64,000 bases of DNA from an uncultured delta proteobacterium (GTDB lineage: Bacteria > Myxococcota > Myxococcia > Myxococcales > Myxococcaceae), in the NCBI GenBank assembly GCA_963796055.1, contig CAWCKH010000004.1:416001-480000 (forward strand), written 5' to 3'. Both the position numbers and the translations under genes were made by a program. Of this stretch, positions 8,567 through 18,362 are shown one piece after another (positions within the stretch are counted from its first letter, which is position 1; each line of letters opens with the position of its first letter). The notes under the pieces are model-generated. The model was not told where the DNA came from, did no database searches, and saw nothing but the letters and a program-made list of their open reading frames with translations.

Positions 8567-9844
8567 TCACCACCCGTCGAGGGCGTCCTCGAACAGGTGC
8601 GCGAGGTCCGCCTCGTCAACCGGTCGGGGGGAGAGCTTGGTCACCCGGGCCTGCGGGAGCGTTCCCTTCACCAGGGCCGGGATGTCCGACTTTCCATAGC
8701 CGACGGACCGCAGCCCGTTGGGCATCTTCAGCCGCTGCATGATGCCCACCAGTCGGTCGGAGAGGATCTTTCCCGCGTCCTCCGGTTTGGCCCTCGACAC
8801 GTCGGCACCGAGGATCTCCGCGGCGATCAGGTGCCGGTCCGGACAGGCCTGGGCGGTGAAGCGGAAGACCGCCGGGGCATTGAGGATGACAGACATCCCG
8901 TGGGGGACGATCGGGTGATCAGCCGGGAATCCCTCCGGTCGGAAATCGCGGACCATCCCCGAGACCGGATAGGACATCCCGTGCGGAAGGTGGACCCCGG
9001 CGTTCCCGAACCCGACGCCGGCGAAGGCGGCTGCGAGCTGCATCTTCTCCCGCGCCTCGTCGTCGTCCGGGTTCTCCACCGCCCGGACGAAGTACTTCGA
9101 CACCATGCGCATCGCCTCCAGTGACCAGACGTCGGAGATGGGATTGGAGCCCTGGTACGCGGGCCGCACCACCGGCCGGTCCGGCCTGGGGCGCTGGTGG
9201 TACGGCAGCGCGGTGAAGGACTCGATGGCGTGGCTCAGCACGTCGAAGCCGCTGGTCGCCGCGACCTGGGGCGGCATGCTCCGCGTGTTCTCCGGGTCGA
9301 GGATTCCCAGCAGCGGCTTCAGCCTCCGGTGGGCGATGCCGGTCTTCGCGTGGAGCGGCGTGTAGTCGAAGATGGCAACCCCGGTGGTCTCGCTCCCGGT
9401 TCCGGCGGTGGTGGGGACCGCGATCAGCGGCTTGAGGGGCCCAGGCACGGGCTTGCCCTTCCCGATGGGCGCGTTGACGTAGTCGAGGAACTCCGCCGGG
9501 TAGGTGGCGTAGAGGTCGGCCGCCTTCGCAGTGTCGATGGTGGATCCCCCTCCCACCGCGACGAAGGCGTCGAAACCACCCTGGGTGGCGAACTCGATCG
9601 CGTCGCGGAACGAGGCGTCGTTTGGCTCGACCCGCACCCGATCGAACAGGGCATGGGTGATCCCGTTGTCCCGCAGGGACTGCAAGACCGTGGCCACCGG
9701 CTGGAGCCTGGTCAGGGTGGGATCGGTGAGGACCATGACCTTCTGCGCCTTCATCTCCGCCAGGTCCATCCCCACCTCGCGGGTGACGCCTCGCCCGAAG
9801 CGGATGCTCGAGGCAGCCATCTCGAACGCGTACTCGAGAGCCAT
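8567..9844 (-). CDS. hydroxyacid-oxoacid transhydrogenase (ADHFE1-like iron-containing alcohol dehydrogenase)
   Basis: AFEMAASSIRFG, GGGSTIDTAK, PTTAGTGSETT, RPAYQGSNPISD, GVHLPHGMSYP; GGAGG RBS. Confidence 0.9.
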   Translation of the reverse strand: MALEYAFEMAASSIRFGRGVTREVGMDLAEMKAQKVMVLTDPTLTRLQPVATVLQSLRDNGITHALFDRVRVEPNDASFRDAIEFATQGGFDAFVAVGGGSTIDTAKAADLYATYPAEFLDYVNAPIGKGKPVPGPLKPLIAVPTTAGTGSETTGVAIFDYTPLHAKTGIAHRRLKPLLGILDPENTRSMPPQVAATSGFDVLSHAIESFTALPYHQRPRPDRPVVRPAYQGSNPISDVWSLEAMRMVSKYFVRAVENPDDDEAREKMQLAAAFAGVGFGNAGVHLPHGMSYPVSGMVRDFRPEGFPADHPIVPHGMSVILNAPAVFRFTAQACPDRHLIAAEILGADVSRAKPEDAGKILSDRLVGIMQRLKMPNGLRSVGYGKSDIPALVKGTLPQARVTKLSPRPVDEADLAHLFEDALDGW

Positions 9845-10080
9845 GGATCCTCCTCGGAAACGGTCCGTCGGCCGGCGACTGTACCTTCTCGCGCCCGCGT
9901 GGGTAGCGCCGACCGGACAGGCAGGCGGCGATGGTCGAACGATCAGTCGGGCGCCGGGGAGCGTCGGATCCTCAACCGATCGCTGACACCGCAGCCGCCC
10001 GGCTCCGCAACGCCCCTCGAGGACCGTGTCCCTCCGGCTGGGTGCGAAGGTTCGTTCTCGACGTGCCCGGGAGGCGGAAA

Positions 10081-10563
10081 ATGAAGAACGTCCTGCTCGT
10101 CGTGATGCTGATTTCGGCCGTGATGGCGATGACTGTGGCTTGCAGCGATGACGAATCACAGCCTCAGCCGAAGGTGTTCAACATCACGCTCTCGCCCGCG
10201 AACGAGACGCCCCCCTGTCCTGACGCGGGGCCCAATGCGACGGGAACGGCCAAGGTGACGATTCCCACCGACAACGCATCGGTGGTCGTCGACGTGACCT
10301 ACTCGGGCCTCTCGGGGCCGGTGACCATAGCTCACATCCACGCCGGGACCTCGGCAGCGCCCGGCCCGGTGGTTCTCCCCTTCAGCTCTCCGCTCGATTC
10401 GCCGTTCAGCAAGACCCTCACCGCGGCGGACTACCTCGCCGCGACGGGCGCTCCGGCGGACTTCGCGACCTTCGTCACAGCCCTCAAGGGCGGTGGGGCT
10501 GGCTACGTGAACCTCCACACCAACGATTGCAAGCCCGGGGAAATCCGCGCCGAGGTCCAGTGA
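10081..10563 (+). CDS. CHRD-domain lipoprotein
   Basis: Lipobox TVAC; YSGLSGPVTIAHIH, GPVV, YVNLHT...GEIR. Confidence 0.85.
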   Translation: MKNVLLVVMLISAVMAMTVACSDDESQPQPKVFNITLSPANETPPCPDAGPNATGTAKVTIPTDNASVVVDVTYSGLSGPVTIAHIHAGTSAAPGPVVLPFSSPLDSPFSKTLTAADYLAATGAPADFATFVTALKGGGAGYVNLHTNDCKPGEIRAEVQ

Positions 10564-10587
10564 GTACGGCGCGCCTGGAGCCAGCGC

Positions 10588-11112
10588 TCACTTCTTGCGC
10601 TTCTCGTACGTCCCGACCAGCTCGGCGCTGCCCACCACGTGCCCCTGCATCGCCTTCAGCAGATCCGCCTTGGTGGGCTTGCCGAGATCGGGCAGCACGG
10701 TGTCCAGCGCGTACAGCTTGAAGAAGTACCGATGGCGTCCGATGGGTGGGCACGGGCCTCCGTAGCCGGGCTTCTTCCAGTCGTTCAGCCCGTCCCTGGC
10801 TCCCTGCGGAGGCGTCCTCGACGCGCCTTCGGCGAGGGCGGTGGTCTGGGGCGGCACGTCGTAGAGGACCCAGTGCACCCAGGTCATCTTCGGTGCGCTC
10901 GGATCGGGCGCGTCGGGGTCGTCGACGATCAGCGCCAGACTCTTCGCCGAGGGAGGAACCCCGCTCCAGGCGAGGGGAGGCGAGGTGTCGTTCCCCTCGC
11001 AGGTGTACTTCTCCGGGATCGACCCCTGAGAGGTGAAGCTCGGTGACGAGAGTTGCATTCGCGCCTCCGCGATCAGCAGGCCAAGAATGAGGAGCATCCC
11101 ACGCGTTGGCAT
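10588..11112 (-). CDS. YbhB/YbcL family PEBP (Raf kinase inhibitor-like) protein
   Basis: SPPLAW, DDPDAP, WVHWVLY, GYGGPCPPIGRHRYFFKLYALD. Confidence 0.92.
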   Translation of the reverse strand: MPTRGMLLILGLLIAEARMQLSSPSFTSQGSIPEKYTCEGNDTSPPLAWSGVPPSAKSLALIVDDPDAPDPSAPKMTWVHWVLYDVPPQTTALAEGASRTPPQGARDGLNDWKKPGYGGPCPPIGRHRYFFKLYALDTVLPDLGKPTKADLLKAMQGHVVGSAELVGTYEKRKK

Positions 11113-11186
11113 GCCCGGAACTCTAGGCCTCCGGGAACGAGGAGGCGATGGCTCGGGGGACGTCCGCGTGCTATGGAAAACTGACC

Positions 11187-11693
11187 ATGTCGGAGTCACG
11201 CGAGGTTCGCTGCTACGACTACGTGACCGTGCCCTACGGTCGGGTCCGCGACCTTCTGCACTCCGACGCCGCCGGCATCTTCGCCCGCGCCACCGCCACT
11301 GCGAATGACCGCGCGCGCGAGCTCGTGGCCACCCTGCGCCTGAATGTGGGGCCGGCGGAGGTCGGGGTCGACGTCCGTCTGGAAATCACGGGCATCACCG
11401 ACGAGGTCACGGCGGTGGGCGACCCGCGGACGCGCCTCGACTTCAGCTGGCAAGCGACCCGGAGCGCCGGGTGGTTTCCCACGATGGAAGCCACGCTCAG
11501 CGCGTATCCGCTCTCGGCGCAGGAGACGCAGCTCGACCTGCACGGCCGGTATCGCCCCCCGCTGGGGACCCTGGGGACGGCGGTGGATGCCACTGTGGGG
11601 CATCGGGTCGCCGAGGCCACGGTGCTGCGCCTGCTCCGCGATCTCCGGACGGCGATCATCACCGAGCTCGGGGCAGGAGCCGGTTCGGCGTAA
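11187..11693 (+). CDS. hypothetical protein (possible SRPBCC-like fold)
   Basis: Coding-like composition; WFPTMEATL...LHGRYRPPLG...GHRVAEA. Confidence 0.7.
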   Translation: MSESREVRCYDYVTVPYGRVRDLLHSDAAGIFARATATANDRARELVATLRLNVGPAEVGVDVRLEITGITDEVTAVGDPRTRLDFSWQATRSAGWFPTMEATLSAYPLSAQETQLDLHGRYRPPLGTLGTAVDATVGHRVAEATVLRLLRDLRTAIITELGAGAGSA

Positions 11694-11889
11694 CCACTCC
11701 GCTGCGCCCGGCTGACCGCCGTCGAGCGTTCGGCACTGGTCCCCTTCCCGACAGACGGGTGTGTCGACACGCGACGGTGTGTCGGTGCGCAGGGTCGAGG
11801 AGCTCGATCGGCAAGAGGTCCCGCGGACTTGCTGGGCGAACCGCCGCCGCCGACGGTGGCACACCGGTTGCTCCAGGGGTCGTCCGGCC

Positions 11890-12222
11890 ATGGATGCCGG
11901 GAAGCAGCCTCGCGGAGCCAGCGATCGTCGCCGTACCCCCTCGCGACGCCAGGTCGCCGTGCTGGGAGTCACCGTCTGCGTGTTCGCCGCCGTGGCGCTG
12001 GCCGAGCAGGGCGACGCTCCGGTCACGCCGCTTCACGAGGCGGTCCAACGCGCCACAGCCACAGGAGAGTCTCTCGCCGGCCGCGGCGAACGGTGCCTGG
12101 CCGGCGGGGCAGGAGACCTCGCGCGCCACCCTCCTGCCCGAACCGATTGCCCCAGCCACGACCTGCCCCGTGAAGCCGGTATCGCCCGGCCGCCACGATG
12201 GAGCGCCGGCTGGGCACGCTGA
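11890..12222 (+). CDS. possible small hypothetical protein
   Basis: ATG start, one hydrophobic stretch, ends 3 nt before the next gene; weak support. Confidence 0.25.
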   Translation: MDAGKQPRGASDRRRTPSRRQVAVLGVTVCVFAAVALAEQGDAPVTPLHEAVQRATATGESLAGRGERCLAGGAGDLARHPPARTDCPSHDLPREAGIARPPRWSAGWAR

Positions 12223-12225
12223 GCG

Positions 12226-13215
12226 GTGGGAGTCGGCGTCTGCGCAGCACTCCTCGCGGCGACGACGGCCGCCGCGCCGATTCCGCTCCAGCCGATTCCC
12301 TGGCGTGACCCGGCCCCACTGGGCCGCCTGTTCCTCCAGCAACCGTTCGAGGCCCCACGACCCGAGGGTTCCGGCCTGAGCGTTCAGATGCTCTCCGCCA
12401 ACCTCCTCATGAAGGGCGGTCGCGCCGGTGGATTCGAGTACACCGTGGACGAGGAGATCGCCTCCTTCTCGGTGACCGGGCAGCTGGTCCTCGCAGAGCG
12501 GTGGGGCCTGAGCGTCAGCGTGCCGCTGGTGCTGCAGTACGGAGGCTGGCTGGATCCGGTCATCGACGGAGTGGAGAAGCTGGTCGGCGCGAGCTCCGCG
12601 CGGCGGGGCACCACCTCGTTCCAGACCGTCGTCCGCTTTGCCACCCCGGGCGGCCGGGTGGTCGAACGGGACGGGCCTTCGGCCTCCATCGGGGACCTCA
12701 CACTCGGGGCACAGGGGTGGCTGGTGAAGCAGGACGGGTTCCGCCCTGCCCTGGCGCTCCGCGTGGCGCTGAAGGCCCCCACGGGGGGACCGCTGGTGGG
12801 GAGCGGCACCTGGGACGTCGGTGGCGGCCTGCTGGCCGGCTGGGAGGCGGGGTTCTTCGCGGCCCATCTGGCGTTCGACGTCGCCGTGCCGACCGGGAGG
12901 CTCCGCGTGCTGGACCTGCCCACCCGTCCGTACGCCTCGGTCCAGGTGGGCTTCGCCTTCCGGGTCGACGAGGCGGTCGCGCTTCACCTCCAGCTGAGCG
13001 GCCACACGCCTCCCCTCCGGGTGGACGACGCGCCGGGCTTGTCGGAGTCGACCTTCTACATCCTGGCTGGCGCGGACTGGCAGCTGGCTCCCGGCACCAG
13101 CATTGCCCTCTCGATGGCGGAGAATTTCCTCAGCCCCGGCCGAGGTGCCGACTTCTCGGTGCTTCTCGGGTTCCGCCTGACCCCCGGGGCGGCGGGCGGC
13201 GGGGGGTCGTGGTAA
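12226..13215 (+). CDS. DUF3187-like outer-membrane beta-barrel protein
   Basis: Signal peptide; GGWLDPVID, GDLTL, LKAPTG..GSG pattern; alternating beta-strands. Confidence 0.7.
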   Translation: MGVGVCAALLAATTAAAPIPLQPIPWRDPAPLGRLFLQQPFEAPRPEGSGLSVQMLSANLLMKGGRAGGFEYTVDEEIASFSVTGQLVLAERWGLSVSVPLVLQYGGWLDPVIDGVEKLVGASSARRGTTSFQTVVRFATPGGRVVERDGPSASIGDLTLGAQGWLVKQDGFRPALALRVALKAPTGGPLVGSGTWDVGGGLLAGWEAGFFAAHLAFDVAVPTGRLRVLDLPTRPYASVQVGFAFRVDEAVALHLQLSGHTPPLRVDDAPGLSESTFYILAGADWQLAPGTSIALSMAENFLSPGRGADFSVLLGFRLTPGAAGGGGSW

Positions 13216-13255
13216 GAACCGGGGAGCTCACTCCGTCACCGTCGAGGAGGCGCCC

Positions 13256-13756
13256 GTGTTCGAGCTCAAGCCGCTGCGCGCCGAGGCCATCCCCGCTGCG
13301 CTCGCCAAGGCCGAGCGATATCGCCTGCTGAACGAGCCCGAGCAGGCCGAGAGCATCTGCCAGGACGTGCTCCGCACCGAGCCCGAGAACCAGCAGGCCA
13401 TCACCTTGTACTTGCTGGCGGTGACCGACAGCTTCCGCACCACCCAAACGCCGGACGTTCGACGGGCGCGGGCGCTCCTCGACCACTTCGCGTCCGAGTA
13501 CGACCGTTGCTACTACGCCGGCATCGTCGAGGAGCGCCTCGCCCGCGCCAGGCTCGAGTCCGGCGGCCCGCTCGGCCCCCAGGAGGCCTACGCCGGGTTT
13601 CGCAGCGCGATGCGCTGGTACGCGCAGGCCGAGGCGCTCCGCCCGCCCGGGAACGACGATGCCATCCTCCGCTGGAACACCTGCGCGCGGGTGCTGATGG
13701 AGAACGCGCACCTCCGTCCCTCGATCGACGAGCCCGCCGAGCTGCGTCTCGAGTAG
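13256..13756 (+). CDS. TPR-like hypothetical protein upstream of the SDH operon
   Basis: GAGGAGG RBS; AERYRLLNEPEQAESIC, GNDDAILRWNTCAR. Confidence 0.8.
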   Translation: MFELKPLRAEAIPAALAKAERYRLLNEPEQAESICQDVLRTEPENQQAITLYLLAVTDSFRTTQTPDVRRARALLDHFASEYDRCYYAGIVEERLARARLESGGPLGPQEAYAGFRSAMRWYAQAEALRPPGNDDAILRWNTCARVLMENAHLRPSIDEPAELRLE

Positions 13757-13853
13757 TCGCTGCGGCGCGAATCGTCATTGACACCCCGGGGCTGTCCCCG
13801 GAGACTTTCGCGCCATCGTCGGCGAGGCTCCTCGCCCCTGGACGGAGGTCCGG

Positions 13854-14633
13854 ATGTCGGCCGTTGCCCCGCAGGCGCCGCCCACCTCGATGGCCATGCG
13901 TGCGCCCCTGCGAGAGGACGCCTGGTGGGTGAAGCCGACCCTGACCGCGATCGTCCTCCTCGGGTTCGTCGTCTACGCCACCTGGGCCGGGCTCCAGAAC
14001 GCGAACTACTACGTTGCGCCCTACCTCTCCCCCTTCTACTCGCCCTGCCTGAGCGCGAACTGCGTGCACACCGACCTGCCCTTGCTCGGGGACTGGTGGA
14101 GATGGTCGCCGGCCATCCTCATCCTCTGGGCGCCCGGCGGCTTCCGGCTGACCTGCTACTACTACCGCAAGGCATACTACCGCTCCCTGGTCTGGGCCCC
14201 GCCGGCATGCGCGGTGCCGGACGCCCGCGCCAGGTACTTCGGCGAGCGCCGCTTCCCCCTCATCCTCCAGAACCTCCACCGCTACTTCTTCTATCTCTCC
14301 ATCCCCATCCTGGTGTTCCTGTGGTGGGACGCGATCCGGGCCTTCCGCTTCGCCGATGGCGTCGGCGTCGGGGTGGGGACGCTGGTCCTGGTGGCCAACG
14401 CCTCGCTGCTCAGCCTGTACACGCTCTCCTGTCACTCCTGCCGGCACGTCTGCGGAGGGAATCTGAAGGTCTTCTCGACGCACCCCACCCGCTACCGGCT
14501 GTGGAAGAGGTTGACCGTCCTCAACGCACGGCATGCGGAGATCGCCTGGGTCAGCCTCTTCGGAGTGGCGCTGACCGACCTCTACGTCCGCCTCCTCGCC
14601 ACGGGCGCGATCCGTGACCTGAGGCTCTTCTGA
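13854..14633 (+). CDS. sdhC: succinate dehydrogenase membrane anchor, mycobacterial Sdh1 (Rv0249c)-like
   Basis: YLSPFYSP, FRLTCYYYRKAYYR, QNLHRYF, SCHSCRH; TGATG overlap with sdhA. Confidence 0.85.
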   Translation: MSAVAPQAPPTSMAMRAPLREDAWWVKPTLTAIVLLGFVVYATWAGLQNANYYVAPYLSPFYSPCLSANCVHTDLPLLGDWWRWSPAILILWAPGGFRLTCYYYRKAYYRSLVWAPPACAVPDARARYFGERRFPLILQNLHRYFFYLSIPILVFLWWDAIRAFRFADGVGVGVGTLVLVANASLLSLYTLSCHSCRHVCGGNLKVFSTHPTRYRLWKRLTVLNARHAEIAWVSLFGVALTDLYVRLLATGAIRDLRLF

Positions 14634-16423
14634 TGGCCGAGTACGAGACGCACGAGCACGACGTCGTCGTCATCGGCGCCGGCGGAGCGGGCCTGCGTGC
14701 CGCCATCGAGGCCTCGGCCCAGGGTGCCGACACCGCGCTGATCTGCAAGTCGCTCCTGGGCAAGGCCCACACGGTCATGGCCGAGGGAGGCATCGCCGCC
14801 GCCCTGGGCAACGTCTGGCCCGAGGACAACTGGAAGGTCCACTTCCGCGACACCATGCGCGGGGGGAAGCTGCTCAACAACTGGCGCATGGCGCAGCTCC
14901 ATGCCCAGGAGGCGCCGGCCCGGGTGCTGGAGCTGGAGGAGTGGGGCGCGCTCTTCGACCGGACGAAGGATGGGCTCATCCTCCAGCGCGACTTCGGCGG
15001 GCACCGCTACGCGCGGCTGGCCCACGTGGGCGACCGGACCGGGCTGGAGATGATCCGCACCCTCCAGCAGCACGCGGTGCACAAGGGAATCACCGTCTAC
15101 ATGGAGTGCACGCTGGTGAGCCTCCTCAAGGACGGCGACCGGGTGTGCGGAGCGTTCGGCTACTGGCGCGAGTCGGGGAAGTTCGTGGTCTTCAAGGCGA
15201 AGGCGGTGGTGCTGGCCACCGGCGGCATCGGCAAGGCGTGGGAGTTCACCTCCAACTCCTGGGAGTACACCGGAGACGGGGTGGCGATGGCCCTGGAGGC
15301 GGGAGCCGAGCTGATCGACATGGAGTGTTACCAGTTCCATCCCACCGGGATGGTCTGGCCGCACAGCGTGCGGGGAATCCTGGTCACCGAGGGCGTGCGC
15401 GGCGACGGAGGCGTGCTCCGGAACTCGCAGGGACGCCGCTTCATGTTCGACTACATCCCCGAGTTCTTCAGGAAGGAGACCGCCGACTCCGAGGCCGAGG
15501 CCGACCGCTGGTACACCGACAAGAAGAACAACCGCCGTCCACCCGAGCTGCTGCCCCGTGACGAGGTGGCCCGGGCGATCAACGCCGAGGTGAAGGCGGG
15601 CCGCGGCAGCCCACACGGCGGCGTCTTCCTCGACATCGCCACCCGCCGGGACGCGGAGACCATCAAGCGTCGCCTGCCGTCGATGTACCACCAGTTCAAG
15701 GAGCTGGCGGACGTGGACATCACCACCACCCCGATGGAGGTCGGGCCGACCGCCCACTACATGAACGGCGGCGTGCGGGTGGATGCGGAGACCGAGGCCA
15801 CCGCGGTTTCCGGACTGTACGCCGCGGGGGAGGTCGCCGGCGGGCTACACGGCGCCAACCGGCTGGGGGGCAATTCCCTCTCGGACCTCGTGGTCTTCGG
15901 CCGGCGCGCCGGAGCGGCCGCGGCGGCGTACGCGAAATCGGTCAGCAGGACACTCTCCATCGATGCCGGTCGCCTTGAAGCGCTGGCCCGGGAGGCCCTG
16001 GCCCCGTTCGATCCCGGTGGCACCGAGAACCCGTACACCCTTCACCACGAGCTGCAGAAGACGATGCAGTCGGACGTGGGCATCATCCGGGTCCAGCAAG
16101 AGCTCGAGCGGGCGGTGAAGAAGATCGGCGAGCTGCGTGCCCGGCTGAAGCACGTCCGGGTCGAGGGACATCGCCAGTACAACCCCGGGTGGCACCTGGC
16201 GCTGGATCTTCGCTCGCTCTTCCTCTGCGCCGAGGCCGTGGCCCGGTCGGCGATCGAGCGGAAGGAGAGCCGCGGCGGACATGCCCGCGACGACTACCCG
16301 AAGCCCGATCCGGCCTTCGCCAGGGTGAACATGGTGGTGCGCAAGCGGGGCGACGGCTTGGTGGTGACACCTGAGCCCATCCCCCCGATGCCCGAGGAGT
16401 TGAAGGCTCTGCTCGAGGGGTGA
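14633..16423 (+). CDS. sdhA: succinate dehydrogenase/fumarate reductase flavoprotein
   Basis: GAGGAG, AHTVMAEGG covalent-FAD His, QFHPTG, TEGVRG, HGANRLGGNSL, ESRGGH. Confidence 0.97.
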   Translation: MAEYETHEHDVVVIGAGGAGLRAAIEASAQGADTALICKSLLGKAHTVMAEGGIAAALGNVWPEDNWKVHFRDTMRGGKLLNNWRMAQLHAQEAPARVLELEEWGALFDRTKDGLILQRDFGGHRYARLAHVGDRTGLEMIRTLQQHAVHKGITVYMECTLVSLLKDGDRVCGAFGYWRESGKFVVFKAKAVVLATGGIGKAWEFTSNSWEYTGDGVAMALEAGAELIDMECYQFHPTGMVWPHSVRGILVTEGVRGDGGVLRNSQGRRFMFDYIPEFFRKETADSEAEADRWYTDKKNNRRPPELLPRDEVARAINAEVKAGRGSPHGGVFLDIATRRDAETIKRRLPSMYHQFKELADVDITTTPMEVGPTAHYMNGGVRVDAETEATAVSGLYAAGEVAGGLHGANRLGGNSLSDLVVFGRRAGAAAAAYAKSVSRTLSIDAGRLEALAREALAPFDPGGTENPYTLHHELQKTMQSDVGIIRVQQELERAVKKIGELRARLKHVRVEGHRQYNPGWHLALDLRSLFLCAEAVARSAIERKESRGGHARDDYPKPDPAFARVNMVVRKRGDGLVVTPEPIPPMPEELKALLEG

Positions 16424-16426
16424 CGG

Positions 16427-17188
16427 ATGGCGCAGGTGGCGAAGCTCCGGATCTGGAGAGGTGACGCCTCGGGAGGGCAGCTGCGCGACTACGACGTCCC
16501 CTGGGAGGAAGGCATGGTCCTCCTCGACGTCCTGCACGTGCTCCAGGCCACGCAGGCCGGCGACCTGGCGGTCCGCTGGAATTGCAAGGCCGGAAAGTGC
16601 GGCTCGTGCAGCGCGGAGGTGAACGGAAAGCCGCGGCTGATGTGCATGACCCGGATGAGCGGGCTGGACACCTCCCAGCCCATCACCGTTGCGCCGCTGA
16701 AGACCTTCCCGGTACTGCGGGATCTGGTGACCGACGTCTCGTTCAACTTCGAGATGGCGAAGAAGGTGCCGGCGTTCAAGCCCCGGCCCCGGGAGCCCGA
16801 CGGAACCTACCGGATGATGCAGGAGGACATCGACCGGGTGCAGGAGTTCCACAAGTGCATCGAGTGCTTCCTCTGCCAGAACGTCTGCCACGTCATCCGT
16901 GACCACCCGGAGAACCAGCCGCAGTTCGCGGGTCCCCGGCTGTTTGTGCGCCTCGCGGCGCTGGAGATGCACCCGCTGGACACCGTCGACCGGCGGCCGT
17001 TCCTCAAGGAGCAGCTGGGCCTGGGAATGTGCAACATCACTAAGTGCTGCACCGAGGTCTGTCCGGAGAGCATCCGCATCACCGACAACGCGATCATTCC
17101 CCTCAAGGAACGGGTGGCCGACGCGTTCTACGACCCTCTCCGCTGGGCGTGGCAGAAGCTGACCGGAGCGGGCTCGGGCTCGAAGTGA
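16427..17188 (+). CDS. sdhB: succinate dehydrogenase iron-sulfur subunit
   Basis: CKAGKCGSC...C, CIECFLCQNVC, CNITKCCTEVC. Confidence 0.97.
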   Translation: MAQVAKLRIWRGDASGGQLRDYDVPWEEGMVLLDVLHVLQATQAGDLAVRWNCKAGKCGSCSAEVNGKPRLMCMTRMSGLDTSQPITVAPLKTFPVLRDLVTDVSFNFEMAKKVPAFKPRPREPDGTYRMMQEDIDRVQEFHKCIECFLCQNVCHVIRDHPENQPQFAGPRLFVRLAALEMHPLDTVDRRPFLKEQLGLGMCNITKCCTEVCPESIRITDNAIIPLKERVADAFYDPLRWAWQKLTGAGSGSK

Positions 17189-17276
17189 GCGCGGCGCGGT
17201 GGGCCTCGGACGTGCAGCCGGTGGTCATCCACGACGCCGGTCACTGGAGCATGGAGAGCAGCCGGCGGCGATGTGA
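17185..17276 (+). pseudogene. alpha/beta (epoxide-hydrolase-like) hydrolase, C-terminal remnant
   Basis: ASDVQPVVIHDAGHWSME followed, one base out of frame, by (E)QPAA: a broken GHWxMEEQP motif. Confidence 0.55.
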
Positions 17277-17324
17277 AAGCCGCCCGGACTCGAAGCACGT
17301 GCGAGCGTGCCCTCGGCGCGATCG

Positions 17325-18362
17325 TCACCCGCCGAGGTGCGACCGGAGGAACGCGACGACCTCGTCGTACGCAGCGGCAACCGCCGGATCGGCGAGTCCG
17401 AACGGCTCGGCATCGGGCCAGCCGCCGGGGAAGACGTCGAACAGGTGGTCGTAGCCCTTCATCCGTATCAGGCGATGCGGGACCCGCGCGCTGTCGAGTG
17501 CCGCAGCCATCCGCTCCGAGGCCTCGAACGGGACGTCGCGGTCCCGATCGCCGTGCAGGAGGAGCGTTGGCGGGTAGTCCGGACCGAGGTGGTGGATGGG
17601 AGACAGCCCCTCGAGCTCACGGCGCTGTGTGACCGGGTCAAGGCCGGCGACCCGCAGGGGCCAGAGGCCATGCTGTTTGCAGTAGTTGTAGTAGACGACA
17701 CGAGGGAAGATTGGGCTCTCCGAGACCGGCTCGTCGCCGACGACGGACTCGGCCTCCGCTTCGAGAACGGGCTTCAAGCCGAGGTAGTCGGGATTCGGTC
17801 GCGTGGTCCAGTCTCCGGCGATGTCGCCGTAGCCGTAGAACGAGACGATCGCCTTCGGCCGAGGACTGAGCGCGTATCCGGCGGTCAGCGCTAGAAATCC
17901 GCCGGCCGAGTTTCCGACGATGGCGATCCGGTCGGGATCGATCGAATACAGACTCGGCCCCTTCTCCCGCACCCACCGGTAGGCGTCTCGCAGATCGCTG
18001 AGGATCGCAGGTAACTTGGTCTCCGGCGCCAGGCGGTAGTCGATCGAGATCAGCACGAACCCTGCGTCCAGGTAGCGCTGGAGCTGATCCGGCCGGACCG
18101 TGTCACGACTTCCGAAGATAAGGGCTCCACCGTGGATCCACATCACCGCCGGCCGAATGCCCTTGCCGGCGCGGCGATAGACATCGGCCTTGATCGCGCA
18201 CTCGCCAACGCGCTTGTAGGTCATCGTGACCTTGGAGTAGTTCCTGCGCGCGGTGACCCCGGACTGCTCCGCAGCTCGCGAGTCGAGCCCCAGGGTGAGG
18301 GTGAGCGCGGCGCAAAGTAGCCGCCCCGCTCCTCGGTTGATCAGGCGACCGCGGCACCCCAT
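17325..18362 (-). CDS. alpha/beta hydrolase (HSL/BD-FAE-like esterase)
   Basis: HGGALIFG, DYRLAPE, GNSAGG, HGDRDRDVP, HLFD; start codon uncertain. Confidence 0.88.
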   Translation of the reverse strand: MGCRGRLINRGAGRLLCAALTLTLGLDSRAAEQSGVTARRNYSKVTMTYKRVGECAIKADVYRRAGKGIRPAVMWIHGGALIFGSRDTVRPDQLQRYLDAGFVLISIDYRLAPETKLPAILSDLRDAYRWVREKGPSLYSIDPDRIAIVGNSAGGFLALTAGYALSPRPKAIVSFYGYGDIAGDWTTRPNPDYLGLKPVLEAEAESVVGDEPVSESPIFPRVVYYNYCKQHGLWPLRVAGLDPVTQRRELEGLSPIHHLGPDYPPTLLLHGDRDRDVPFEASERMAAALDSARVPHRLIRMKGYDHLFDVFPGGWPDAEPFGLADPAVAAAYDEVVAFLRSHLGG

